DNA of 64,000 nt, from positions 78,115-142,114 of the forward strand of contig NZHE01000024.1 of assembly GCA_002691145.1 (NCBI GenBank), in the 5' to 3' direction. Positions 1 through 10,181 of the stretch are shown here, one piece after another (the first letter of the stretch is position 1; each line of letters starts with the position of its first letter). Source of the stretch: Rickettsiales bacterium. GTDB lineage: Bacteria > Pseudomonadota > Alphaproteobacteria > Methylaequorales > Methylaequoraceae. The position numbers were made by a program, and so were the translations under genes. A model generated the notes under the pieces. It saw only the letters and a list, made by a program, of their open reading frames with translations. It did not search any database and was not told the DNA's origin.

Positions 1-779
1 GTTTTGAGGATACAAATATTACTCATGTAAATAGCAGAATCGATCCCATAAACGATATTGAAATAATTGAAACTGAATTATTATTGTCGGATTTAAATAA
101 AGTTAATAACGCTTTGGAAAATTTATTAAAGAAAAGTAAAGGCAATTCAGAGGACAAGATAAAGATTGAGATTTTAAATGGAGTAAAAGAAAATTTGAGT
201 CAAGGGAAAATACTTCGAGACATAGAGTTTAATGCAGATGAAAAAAAAATAATCAAAGAATTTAGTTTTTTAACACTTAAACCTTTTATTTACGTATGCA
301 ATCTAGATGAAAATTCAATTGAAACAGGGAATAAGTTTTCCAAAACTGTAATTGAATATGCAAAAAACAGAAAAATAGATTATCTTAAAGTATCTGCATC
401 AATTGAATCTCAAATTTCTCAGATTGAAAATTATGATGAACGTATAGAATATTTAAACTCCATTAATATAAGAGAAAGCAGTCTCGATAAACTCATAAAA
501 AAGGGATATAAGCTTCTAGATTTAATAACTTTTTTTACCTCAGGCCCAAAAGAGTCCAGAGCTTGGTCAGTAAAAGAGAAAAGTAGTGCACCAGAAGCGG
601 CTGCAAAAATTCATACAGATTTTCAAAAGGGATTTATAAGAGCTGAAACAATATCTTATAAAGATTTTATAAAATTCAATGGTGAATCAGGAGCAAAAGA
701 AGCAGGAAGAGTTAGGCAAGAAGGAAAAGACTATTTGGTTGAAGATGGCGACATAATTACATTTAGATTTAATGTCTAG
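1..779 (+). CDS. ychF: Redox-regulated ATPase YchF (Obg family), 5' end outside the window
   Basis: Frame is open from base 3 (FEDTNITHV..IDPINDIEIIETELLLSDL). C-terminal TGS domain: FFTSGPKESRAW, AAAKIHTDFQKGFIRAE, EGKDYLVEDGDIITFRFNV. Confidence 0.97.
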   Translation, partial: FEDTNITHVNSRIDPINDIEIIETELLLSDLNKVNNALENLLKKSKGNSEDKIKIEILNGVKENLSQGKILRDIEFNADEKKIIKEFSFLTLKPFIYVCNLDENSIETGNKFSKTVIEYAKNRKIDYLKVSASIESQISQIENYDERIEYLNSINIRESSLDKLIKKGYKLLDLITFFTSGPKESRAWSVKEKSSAPEAAAKIHTDFQKGFIRAETISYKDFIKFNGESGAKEAGRVRQEGKDYLVEDGDIITFRFNV

Positions 780-1407
780 ATTTATAATCGTCAAACAAAT
801 CTATTACTTCGTCCATTTCAGAAGAAGTTAACAATTTATAATTTTTCAAGAGCTTACAAAGATAAAATTGTTTAGATATTTTTTCAAGAGATTCCGCTAA
901 TTGTATAGCTTCCTCAAAACTTTTTCCTATTGTTATTTGACCATGATTTGATATTAAACAAGCTTTTCTATTTTTTAAAGCAATTAAAACATTCTTTCCA
1001 ATTTCATCAGAACCAAATACAGCATACTTTGAACATCTAACATTTTTTCCACCAAATTCTGCAATCATGTAATGAAACGACGGAATATTCTCTCTTGAAC
1101 ATGACAATACTGATGCATAGACTGAATGAGTATGAACAATACTATTGACATTATTAAATTTGTTATAAATTTTTAAATGCATTCCCCACTCGCTTGATGG
1201 TTTTACTTTGTTGTTGACATCTCCATTGAGAGAAATATGAGAAACTTGATTAATTTTGATATTTTTTGGGTTTACTCCAGACGGGGTTATGAGAAATCCA
1301 TCATTCGTTCTTTGACTTATATTTCCCTCTGAACCAATATTAAGATTCTTATCAATTAAAGTTTGAGTATTCTCAATAATTAATTTTTTTAACCTTGTTT
1401 TGCTCAT
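769..1407 (-). CDS. Class II aldolase, FucA/Ald2-like (probable methylthioribulose-1-P / 5-deoxyribulose-1-P aldolase)
   Basis: GNIS.R, FLITPSG, PSSEWxMH, VHTHS, HYMIA and NHG metal motifs. Directly downstream of mtnP-mtnA. Confidence 0.85.
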   Translation of the reverse strand: MSKTRLKKLIIENTQTLIDKNLNIGSEGNISQRTNDGFLITPSGVNPKNIKINQVSHISLNGDVNNKVKPSSEWGMHLKIYNKFNNVNSIVHTHSVYASVLSCSRENIPSFHYMIAEFGGKNVRCSKYAVFGSDEIGKNVLIALKNRKACLISNHGQITIGKSFEEAIQLAESLEKISKQFYLCKLLKNYKLLTSSEMDEVIDLFDDYKSRH

Positions 1408-2482
1408 ATTTTTTGCTTCTTCAAAATTTTAACTATTTCTGACCTTTTAGCAATGCATAATCCATGTTCTGTTATCAAACTAGTTATCATTTTCGAGGGT
1501 GTTACATCAAAAGCGGGATTATAGGTTTTTACTTCTTTTGGAAATATTCTTATATTTTTTACTTCATTATTTTCTAAAGATTTTATGTGTGAAATCTCAG
1601 TTGAACTTCTTTCTTCAATTTGAATATTGTTTTTATTTGTTTTCATATTTCTATCAATTGTTGAAGATGGTAAAGCTACATAAAAAGGAATTTTGTTGTC
1701 AAAAGCTGCAAGAGCTTTTAAGTAAGTACCTATTTTATTACAAACATCGCCATTAATTGTAGTTCTATCACTTCCAACTATACAAAGATCTACTAAACCA
1801 TTTTTCATTAAATGACCCCCGGCATTATCAACAATTACGGTGTTTGGAATTTTTTCATTATATAATTCCCATGATGTTAATACTCCTTGATTTCTTGGCC
1901 TGGTTTCATCAACCCAAATGTGCATTGGTATTTTTTTTTTTTAGCCATAAAGATTGGAGCTAAAGCAGTTCCCCAGTCGATAGCAGCTAACCATCCGGCA
2001 TTGCAATGCGTTAAAATATTAACTACTTTTTTCTTCTTCTGATAAATTTTTTCTATAATTTTACTACCATGCTTCCCGATAGCTTTACATGATGCTAAAT
2101 CACTTTTCAGAATATTTTTTGCAATTTTTAAAGCCTTTCTTGGTCTCAATTTAAAATCAATTTTAATACATTCATCTTTTACAATATCAATAGCCCACTT
2201 TAAATTAATGGCGGTAGGTCTAGTTGATAAAAGTTCTTTATGTGATCTTTCAATATTAATATCACTCGGATCCTTACTTAAAGAAATAGCCATTCCAAAA
2301 GCTGCTGTAACACCAATTAAAGGAGCGCCTCTAACTCTCATAAAAGAAATTGCTTCACAAAAAGATTTTAATTCTCTTAATTCTATAATTTTAAGCTCAA
2401 ATGGAAGTTTTGTTTGGTCGATAATTTTTACAACATTATTTTCTATCCAAAGTGTCTTATAAGATTTACCATTTACTTTCAT
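1404..2482 (-). CDS. mtnA: S-methyl-5-thioribose-1-phosphate isomerase; apparent 1-nt frameshift in a T12 run at 1931-1942
   Basis: The 5' ORF (1877-2482) has IIDQTKLP, MRVRGAPLIG, TRPTAINL and LTHCNAGWLA. The 3' ORF (1404-1925) has DETRPRNQG, GSDR, NKIGTY and NPAFDVTP. One extra A joins them as ...KKKKIPMHIWVDETRP. Confidence 0.95.
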
Positions 2483-2485
2483 TTT

Positions 2486-3337
2486 TTAGTCTAAAATTAC
2501 TTTATATTTTTCTTTAATATCTTCCTTAATTTTTGAAAGGTTCGTTACTACTGAATTTTTTGTTAAATTTCTAATTTCTTCAGAACATTTTATCAATTTA
2601 CATTTCGATATTTGATCAACAACTTTCAAAGCTTTTGAACTATTTTCATTTAATGTAGAAATTATTTGCTCAATTGTAACCTTTTCATGATCAGGATGCC
2701 AACAATCATAATCAGTCACCATAGCTAACGATGAGTAACATATTCCAGCCTCTCTTGCTAATTTTGCTTCAGGCATATTCGTCATTCCAATTACATCACA
2801 ACCCCATGACCTATATAATTCAGACTCGGCTAATGTAGAAAATTGTGGTCCTTCGATACAGATATACGTTCCAAAAGAATGAAAATTGATGCCTAACTTT
2901 GTTAAAACCTCTACTAACATTTTATTAAGATTCTCAGAAGTTGGGTTTGCAAAAGGTATATGTACAACAATATCTTCTTCAAAAAATGTTTTACTCCTTA
3001 AATATGTTTTATCAATGAATTGGTCAACTATAACAAAATCACCAGGTTTGAAATCATTTCTTAAACTACCGACTGCTGACATTGAAATAATGTTTTTGAC
3101 GCCAATTTTTTTTAAACACTCTATATTCGCCCTATAATTTATTTTAGATGGACTTATATTGTGCACCCTTCCATGTCTAGGTAAAAAAGCGACTTTCCTA
3201 TTATTCAAGTCTCCGACACAAATACTATCTGAGGGTTTACCAAAGTTAGATGTTATATCAACCCAATCTTGGTTTTTTAAATTAGAGATATTATATAAGC
3301 CACTGCCTCCAATAAAAGCAATTTCAATATTGTTCAT
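2486..3337 (-). CDS. mtnP: S-methyl-5'-thioadenosine phosphorylase
   Basis: IGGSGLY, FLPRHGR.H, INYRANI, EGPQFST.AES, IGMTNMPEAKLAREA, VTDYDCW. Confidence 0.96.
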   Translation of the reverse strand: MNNIEIAFIGGSGLYNISNLKNQDWVDITSNFGKPSDSICVGDLNNRKVAFLPRHGRVHNISPSKINYRANIECLKKIGVKNIISMSAVGSLRNDFKPGDFVIVDQFIDKTYLRSKTFFEEDIVVHIPFANPTSENLNKMLVEVLTKLGINFHSFGTYICIEGPQFSTLAESELYRSWGCDVIGMTNMPEAKLAREAGICYSSLAMVTDYDCWHPDHEKVTIEQIISTLNENSSKALKVVDQISKCKLIKCSEEIRNLTKNSVVTNLSKIKEDIKEKYKVILD

Positions 3338-3354
3338 ATAATTACATTAAAGCT

Positions 3355-4116
3355 TTATTCGATATCTTTCCATATCTTTCTTTTAACAGCAAGTAACATT
3401 AATGTAATTAAGATTAAAAATGATAAAACTTTTATTCCTAAACTTTTTCTCTTTTCTAACTCGGGCTCAGCTGCCCAAACCAAAAATGAAGTAACATCCC
3501 TTATGATTTGATCCTGACTAGCAACAGTTCCGTCAGAATACTCAACACTATCATCATAAATTGGTGTTGGCATAGCAATTTGATTTCCTGGATATACCAG
3601 ATTATAGTACATACCATCACCAATTTCATAATTCTTAGGCGGTTCTTTATACCCATTTAGTAGATTATAAATATAGTTAGCTCCACCTTTTCTTGCTTTT
3701 GTTATTAAAGATAGATCAGGAGGATATGCTCCGTTATTTGATAATCTAGCAACTTGATCATTTTCGTAAGGACCAACAAATTTATCACTTGGTTTAGCAA
3801 ACCTCTCGAACATTTCACCTTCATCATTAGGACCATCAATTATTTCATATTCAGAGGCTATGGATTTTATTTCTTCATCATCATAACCAATAGTAGATAA
3901 ATCTCTGTAAGAAACGTATTTAAGTCCATGGCATCCAGCGCAAACTTCTCTATATACCTGGAGACCTCTTTGAATTGAAGAATAATCAAATCTTCCAAAA
4001 AAGCCATCAAAAGGCCAATTTTCTTTCACAAGCTTATAATCACTGTCTGCACTATTCAAAATTGTTGGAAATAAAAAAATAGCAAAAATTAAAAATTTTA
4101 GTTTATTAAAATACAT
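3355..4116 (-). CDS. petC: Cytochrome c1
   Basis: RGLQVYREVCAGCHG (CxxCH), PPDLSLI, axial Met in IAMPTP, C-terminal TM. The likely start is the ATG at 4116 (MYFNKLK, signal peptide); the longer ORF-track start overlaps petB. Confidence 0.96.
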   Translation of the reverse strand: MYFNKLKFLIFAIFLFPTILNSADSDYKLVKENWPFDGFFGRFDYSSIQRGLQVYREVCAGCHGLKYVSYRDLSTIGYDDEEIKSIASEYEIIDGPNDEGEMFERFAKPSDKFVGPYENDQVARLSNNGAYPPDLSLITKARKGGANYIYNLLNGYKEPPKNYEIGDGMYYNLVYPGNQIAMPTPIYDDSVEYSDGTVASQDQIIRDVTSFLVWAAEPELEKRKSLGIKVLSFLILITLMLLAVKRKIWKDIE

Positions 4117-4120
4117 ATAG

Positions 4121-5377
4121 TTATTTGGCAAAGTTTTCAGTTGAAATACTTTCATTGTCAAATTTGTCAGAAAGAATTGATGATGCGATACTAGTCGGGA
4201 GCGCCCTAGCATTTTCAAATTTTGACAAAAGCGGCATTATAACTAAGAAAAATAAAAAATAATAAGCAGTGCAAACTCTTGAAATAAGAACATAAATACC
4301 ATCTGCTGGCATTGCACCAACCCAACCTAGAATCATACAATTAATGAAAAATAACCAAAAAAACTGTTTGTAATATGGTCTAAATTGTGCGCTTCTTACT
4401 TTGTGAGTATCTAACCAAGGTAAAATAAATAGCACCAAGACAGATGAAAACATAAGTAAGACACCCATTAGTTTGTCTGGTACAGCTCTTAGGATGGCGT
4501 AAAAAGGTAAGAAATACCATTCTGGCACGATGTGAGCGGGAGTAACTAATGGATCTGCTGGTATGTAATTATCGGGATGACCTAAAAAATTAGGAGCAAA
4601 AAAAACAAGTCCAAAGAAAAGTATTAAAAATACTCCTAATCCATAATAATCTTTTACAGTATAATATGGATGGAAAGGGATAGTGTCACCGTCAGATTTA
4701 ACGTCGATACCAAGTGGATTGTTTGATCCGAATTGGTGAAGAGCTACCAAATGAAGCGCAACGACACCAACAATCATAAAAGGCATGAGATAGTGCAATA
4801 CGAAAAATCTTGTAAGTGTAGGATTATCAACTGAAAAACCACCCCATAAAAATGTCACAATATAATCTCCAACAATGGGAAATGCCGAAAAAAGATTAGT
4901 TATAACTGTCGCACCCCAAAAACTCATTTGTCCCCACGGTAAAACGTAACCCATAAAAGCTGTAGCCATCATTAGTAGCAGAATCAGGACTCCAAGCATC
5001 CACAATATTTCTCTTGGAGCTTTGAATGATCCATAATATAAGCCTCTAAAAATATGAATAAATACTACTATGAAAAACATAGATGCGCCATTCATGTGAA
5101 TGTATCTTAACAACCATCCATTGTTTACATCCCTCATTATTCTTTCAACACTGTCAAAAGCTAAATCAGCATCAGCTGTGTATTGCATAGCCAGTAAAAT
5201 ACCCGTTACAATCATTATGACAAGAGTAATACCTGCTAAAGAACCAAAGTTCCAAAAATAACTAAGATTCCTTGGAGTTGGATAATCCCTAAGATTATGA
5301 TTAATGAAAGTGAAAATCGGAAGTCTACTATCAATCCACGATGTTACAGATTTGTCTTTATTGTTATCAGTTTTCAT
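4121..5377 (-). CDS. petB: Cytochrome b
   Basis: [40 protein letters not shown] motif. Confidence 0.99.
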   Translation of the reverse strand: MKTDNNKDKSVTSWIDSRLPIFTFINHNLRDYPTPRNLSYFWNFGSLAGITLVIMIVTGILLAMQYTADADLAFDSVERIMRDVNNGWLLRYIHMNGASMFFIVVFIHIFRGLYYGSFKAPREILWMLGVLILLLMMATAFMGYVLPWGQMSFWGATVITNLFSAFPIVGDYIVTFLWGGFSVDNPTLTRFFVLHYLMPFMIVGVVALHLVALHQFGSNNPLGIDVKSDGDTIPFHPYYTVKDYYGLGVFLILFFGLVFFAPNFLGHPDNYIPADPLVTPAHIVPEWYFLPFYAILRAVPDKLMGVLLMFSSVLVLFILPWLDTHKVRSAQFRPYYKQFFWLFFINCMILGWVGAMPADGIYVLISRVCTAYYFLFFLVIMPLLSKFENARALPTSIASSILSDKFDNESISTENFAK

Positions 5378-5379
5378 TT

Positions 5380-5955
5380 TTACCCTATTTTAATTATATC
5401 ATCACTTACAAATTCATACGGCGGTACATCAAGATTAAGGGGAGCTGGACCCTTTCTAATTCTTCCAGAGGTATCATAATGAGAACCGTGACATGGGCAG
5501 AACCATCCACCAAATTCTCCTTTAGCATCTCCAGTTTTTTGGCCTAAAGGCACACAACCTAAATGAGTACAAACTCCTAAAACAACTAACCACTCATCCT
5601 TTATAACTCTAGTATCGTCATCAACTTTATGAATTAAATCGTCAAGGTTAACTGATTTAGCTTGTGCAATTTCATCAGTCGTCCTATGTTTAATAAATAC
5701 TGGTTTTCCTCTCCACATCACAGTAAGGCTTTTACCTTTTTCAATTAGCGATAAATCAACTTCAGTAGTTGACAAAGCCAAAACATCTTTGGCCGGATTC
5801 ATAGTATCAATTAAAGTCCATCCAGCAGCTAAACCTCCAGCAACCGCTAACCCGGTTGTAGTTAAATAAAGAAAATCTCTCTTATTACTGTCTACATCAC
5901 CGGATTTTTCCAAATTACCTATGTATTCTTTCTTTGTTTTTTTATCAATGTCCAT
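5380..5955 (-). CDS. petA: Rieske iron-sulfur subunit of the cytochrome bc1 complex
   Basis: CTHLGC and CPCHGS boxes, GPAPLNL, Tat-like KRDFL plus TM anchor. Confidence 0.98.
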   Translation of the reverse strand: MDIDKKTKKEYIGNLEKSGDVDSNKRDFLYLTTTGLAVAGGLAAGWTLIDTMNPAKDVLALSTTEVDLSLIEKGKSLTVMWRGKPVFIKHRTTDEIAQAKSVNLDDLIHKVDDDTRVIKDEWLVVLGVCTHLGCVPLGQKTGDAKGEFGGWFCPCHGSHYDTSGRIRKGPAPLNLDVPPYEFVSDDIIKIG

Positions 5956-6035
5956 TATATACTGTTTTTATTAATATAATATTGTAAAAATTATAATATC
6001 TTAAAATATATATAAAAAAAAAAAACTTTAAAACA

Positions 6036-6893
6036 ATGAAAAAATTAAATTTTAAAAAAGAAATTTGCACTAAATGGTACAAAGAATTAAGAAATGAAAT
6101 TTGTGCTTACATACAGGGGATAGAAAATCAATATGGTCAAAATTCATTAAAGTTTTTAAGAAAAAAATGGAAAAGAGAACCAAAACTTGGAAAAGATCAA
6201 GGAGGCGGTGAAATGAGTATCTTAAGAGGTAAAATATTTGAAAAAGCTGGTGTAAATATTTCGACTGTATATGGTAATTTATCAAAAGAATTTAAAGGAA
6301 AAATCCCTGGAACAGAAAAAGATTCTTTTTTTTGGGCCTCTGGTATTTCACTGGTTATTCACCCAAAGTCTCCAAAAATCCCAGCTGTACATATGAATAC
6401 ACGTTTTATTAACACCCAGCTTGAGTGGTTCGGAGGCGGAGCAGACATTACACCTGTTAACAAAGAATCAAAAGAATCACAAAAACTTGCAAAAATTTTT
6501 CATGAAGAATTTAGAATTGTTTGTGAAAATTACAAACTAGGGTGTTACAAAAAATATAAAAAATGGTGTGATGACTACTTTTATTTACCACACAGAAACG
6601 AACATCGGGGTCTTGGAGGAATCTTTTACGACAATTTGTCTAGTAATAATTGGGATTCTGACTTTAACTTTAATAAAAATGTTGGTTTGACTTTCTTATC
6701 CACTTACAAAAAAGTAGTTCAGATGACAATAAAAAAAAAATGGAATAATTCTGATCTTGAGCTTCAAGCACATAGGAGATCGAGATATGCTGAATTTAAT
6801 CTACTTTATGATAGAGGCACAAAATTTGGGTTAATGACCAACGGAAATCCAGATGCTATTTTTATGTCTCTACCACCCTCGGCGTCATGGTAG
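6036..6893 (+). CDS. hemF: Oxygen-dependent coproporphyrinogen III oxidase
   Basis: FEKAGVNIS, SLVIHP, HMNTR, WFGGGADITP, RGLGGIFYD, RYAEFNLLYDRGTKFGL. Confidence 0.97.
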   Translation: MKKLNFKKEICTKWYKELRNEICAYIQGIENQYGQNSLKFLRKKWKREPKLGKDQGGGEMSILRGKIFEKAGVNISTVYGNLSKEFKGKIPGTEKDSFFWASGISLVIHPKSPKIPAVHMNTRFINTQLEWFGGGADITPVNKESKESQKLAKIFHEEFRIVCENYKLGCYKKYKKWCDDYFYLPHRNEHRGLGGIFYDNLSSNNWDSDFNFNKNVGLTFLSTYKKVVQMTIKKKWNNSDLELQAHRRSRYAEFNLLYDRGTKFGLMTNGNPDAIFMSLPPSASW

Positions 6894-8098
6894 AAGACTC
6901 TTTGCCTTTTTGATACATCCTTGTTTATTGGGTTTAAGTCCTTTTTTTACCCACCAATTTTCTACTTCTTTTAATAATTTTCCAATAATTAGTCCATCAG
7001 ATATTCCCAAAGACTTAATATCATTTCCTGATATTGGAAATCTTGGTTTTTTCCAGTCATGACAGATATCATAGATTTTTATCACCAGAGACTCATTTAT
7101 TTTTTTATCAACATAGTCAAATATTATTTGATCTATCAAACTTTCTTTATTATTTCTATATAATAACTCAACATAATCTAGGGAATAATCAATATCTAAT
7201 ATTTCAGAGATTCTTTTTATTTCGTTTTTTTTGAAAGAACTATTATTTAATATAAATTTTAGATTATCAGAAGAACGTAAAAAAAATTTTACTCTTCTTA
7301 AATAAGAAATATCACCTAACTTTCTCTCAATTTTAAAAAACTTTATTGCCAATTCAGAAATTTCATTTTCAAAACAGTTTTGTAAAACTCTTGTATTCAT
7401 TATTTTTTTGAAATCTTTCTCAAAAGTTTTTAAACATATAAACTTTTTTAATTCTGAAAATCTCCTTTCGAAAGAAACCGTTTTTAATTTATCACTAAAA
7501 AAATTGATAGCTTCCAAACCTTTAGAATCAAAATCTTTTGCGTATAAACAACTAAATCGAAGAAATCTAAGTATTCTAAGGTTATCTTCAATAATTCTAT
7601 CTTTTGGATTTCCAATAAAGATTACCCTTTTCTTATTCAAATCATTCATACCTTTTAATGGATCAAAAAATCCTTGCTCCGATAGATATATAGAATTAAT
7701 TGTGAAGTCTCTTCTTTTAGCGTCTTCTACCCACTCATCTGTGAACGATACAACAGGCCATCTACCGTCAGAACTTATGTCTTTTCGCAAAGACGTTATT
7801 TCAAATTTTATATTATTGATTATTGCAACAATAGTCCCGTATTGCACAGCTGAATCTAAGTAATTTATTTTCTTTTTTTTCATACAAAAAATAACTTCTT
7901 CAGGATTTAAGTTGGTTGCAAGATCAGGATTGGATGAAATTTTTTTTTTTTTAATAAATAATCTCTTACATTTCCACCAATAATACGGAGCTTACCTTTT
8001 TTTAGTTCAATAGCGTCTTTAATTTGAAGATATTCCTTATATGGGAATCCAATATCTTTTAATTCTTTAAGATCAAAGTTCTGATTCTTTTTTATCAC
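6885..8098 (-). CDS. cca: CCA tRNA nucleotidyltransferase (class II); apparent 1-nt frameshift in a T13 run at 7940-7952
   Basis: The 5' piece has RIIGGNVRDYLL. After the frameshift it reads ISSNPDLATNLNPEEV, then EITSLRKD, DAKRRDFTINS and EDNLRILRFLRF. Confidence 0.9.
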
Positions 8099-8336
8099 TA
8101 AAAAATCCTGGCTTTATTTCCTTACCATCAAAAACTGGAGAATTATAAAATTGTTCAGAGTTTTCTTCACTGACAATAAAGAATGTAATAATAAATACTA
8201 TTATAATAAGGATAAGTGCTAAAAACATTAAATTAATATATTTTCTAATTTTAAAAAATAATTTAATTTCTAAGGATCTACATATTAAATATGCTAAAAA
8301 AAGAAGTATTAATAATATAAAAAATTTTGTTAACAT
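8073..8336 (-). CDS. Small two-TM membrane protein (DUF6111-like)
   Basis: Two hydrophobic helices and a C-terminal YNSPVFDGKEIKPGFF motif. Lies upstream of cca, as in other alphaproteobacteria. Confidence 0.6.
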   Translation of the reverse strand: MLTKFFILLILLFLAYLICRSLEIKLFFKIRKYINLMFLALILIIIVFIITFFIVSEENSEQFYNSPVFDGKEIKPGFFSDKKESEL

Positions 8337-8375
8337 TCTATATATGTATATATAAGTAGTTTTTTTAATAATTAT

Positions 8376-9341
8376 ATGTCAAATACAGAAAAAAAAATAA
8401 AAGATTCAATTAAAGTTTTTGAACAAATTCGAAAAAATATCTCATCTGTTTTTTATGGACAGAAAACAGTTGTTGATGAGGTGATGACATCAATTCTGTC
8501 ATCAGGCAATACTCTACTTATTGGAGTTCCGGGTTTAGGTAAAACTCTTCTATTTCAGACTTTATCAGAAATTCTTAAACTAAAGCCCAATAGAATTCAA
8601 TGTACGCCTGATTTAATGCCCTCTGACATACTAGGTGTTGAAGTTTTGACTTCGAAAAATAATGATGAATTTAAGTTTATCAAAGGACCCATATTCTGCC
8701 AATTATTAATGATAGATGAAATAAATAGGGCCAGTCCGAAAACTCAATCAGCTTTATTACAAGCTATGCAGGAAGGTTTTGTATCTGTGGGTGGAAAAAA
8801 TCTTCTTTTACCTAAACCTTTTATAGTTTTAGCTACTCAAAATCCAATCGAACAAGAGGGAACTTACAATCTTCCTGAGGCACAACTCGACAGATTTACA
8901 ATGAATATTCACATCTCGTATCCAGATTATGAAATCGAGAAGGAAATTCTCCTAAAATCAAAATCAGTTTATCCTAAGATAAACAATTTTAATTCTGATG
9001 ATTTATTACGAATAATAAAACTAGTTGATCTCATACCTGTTGGTGAATCTGTTATAAATTTCATACTCAAATTAATCAGAAATCTTCGTCCGGAGTCCAC
9101 AAAATTTGATTTCGTCAAAAAATTTATTAAATGGGGACCAGGTCCAAGAGGAGGGATAGCTTTATTAAATTCAACTAAATCATATTCATTTATAAAAGGG
9201 ACCCTTTCTCCATCAATTTCTGATGTTATCATGATGTCAAAGGCATGCCTTCGCCACAGAATTTCTGTAAATTTTGAAGCAAAAACAGATCAGATTACCT
9301 CTGAATATATTATTAAAAGAGTATGTGAAAATCTGGACTAA
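8376..9341 (+). CDS. MoxR family AAA+ ATPase
   Basis: Walker A GVPGLGKT, RIQCTPDLMPSDI, Walker B LMIDEINRASPKTQSALLQAMQE, ATQNPIEQEGTY.LPEAQLDRF. Confidence 0.96.
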   Translation: MSNTEKKIKDSIKVFEQIRKNISSVFYGQKTVVDEVMTSILSSGNTLLIGVPGLGKTLLFQTLSEILKLKPNRIQCTPDLMPSDILGVEVLTSKNNDEFKFIKGPIFCQLLMIDEINRASPKTQSALLQAMQEGFVSVGGKNLLLPKPFIVLATQNPIEQEGTYNLPEAQLDRFTMNIHISYPDYEIEKEILLKSKSVYPKINNFNSDDLLRIIKLVDLIPVGESVINFILKLIRNLRPESTKFDFVKKFIKWGPGPRGGIALLNSTKSYSFIKGTLSPSISDVIMMSKACLRHRISVNFEAKTDQITSEYIIKRVCENLD

Positions 9342-10174
9342 TGAAAGATTTAATAAAAAAAGCAAAAATTATTTCATCAAAACTTCCAGATATTAAGTTC
9401 GCCATTTCCCATTCAAATTCATTAAACATAGGTGAAGTTAAGATCATGAAAAAAGGTACTGGTGATGAGTTTTTTGAGTATAAAGATTATCTAACCGGAG
9501 ATCCATTAAAAAATATCGATTGGAAAAAGTCTGCTAAGATACAAAAACTTTTAATTAAAAATAAAGAGCACGAAAGTAGTAGAAATATTTGGTTTTGGAT
9601 AGATAACAGCATTTCTATGAAATATGGAAACTTTGAAGGATTCAAAAGCAAATATTACAAATCAATTATTTTGGGTTTAGTTTTGATCGACCTTTCTTTA
9701 AATTCAGGTGAAAAAGTTGGAATTATCGGTTCTGAAATTGGTTTAAAAAAAAATAAAAATGATTTTGTATTGTTAGCCACTAGTTTTATTAAAAATAGCT
9801 ATACTTTAAATGATCCTAGAATAAAAAAAAATGACATAGTAATAATATTTTCAGATTTACTAGAAAAGCCAGAAACATATAAAAAAAAAATATCTAATAT
9901 GTCTCAAAATTTTTGTCATGGAATCATAATACAGATATTACATCCTTATGAACTTAGTTTTCCATTTAAAGGAAGAAAACGCTTTTTCGATCCTGTGAGC
10001 GGCCTCCATAAACTTTTTAATAAAACAGAAAATGTAAAAGAGGTTTACAAAGCGGAATTTAATAAACACCAAAAAAATCTTAATGAAGTTTTTAAAAGAA
10101 TAGGATGGAGATTATTTACTAATATAACTAACTCTAATTATGAAAAAATAATATATCAACTTTATAATAAATAA
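9341..10174 (+). CDS. DUF58 family vWA protein
   Basis: G.GDEFFEYKDYLTGD..K.IDWKKSAK, MIDAS-like DNSISM, FSD. Start overlaps the moxR stop (TAATG). Confidence 0.9.
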   Translation: MKDLIKKAKIISSKLPDIKFAISHSNSLNIGEVKIMKKGTGDEFFEYKDYLTGDPLKNIDWKKSAKIQKLLIKNKEHESSRNIWFWIDNSISMKYGNFEGFKSKYYKSIILGLVLIDLSLNSGEKVGIIGSEIGLKKNKNDFVLLATSFIKNSYTLNDPRIKKNDIVIIFSDLLEKPETYKKKISNMSQNFCHGIIIQILHPYELSFPFKGRKRFFDPVSGLHKLFNKTENVKEVYKAEFNKHQKNLNEVFKRIGWRLFTNITNSNYEKIIYQLYNK

Positions 10175-10181
10175 AAAAGTA

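Noticed and set aside
4117-4218. N-terminal extension of the petC ORF overlapping petB
   Set aside because: The ATG at 4116, 4 nt after the petB stop, gives a proper signal peptide. The extension is just an open frame.
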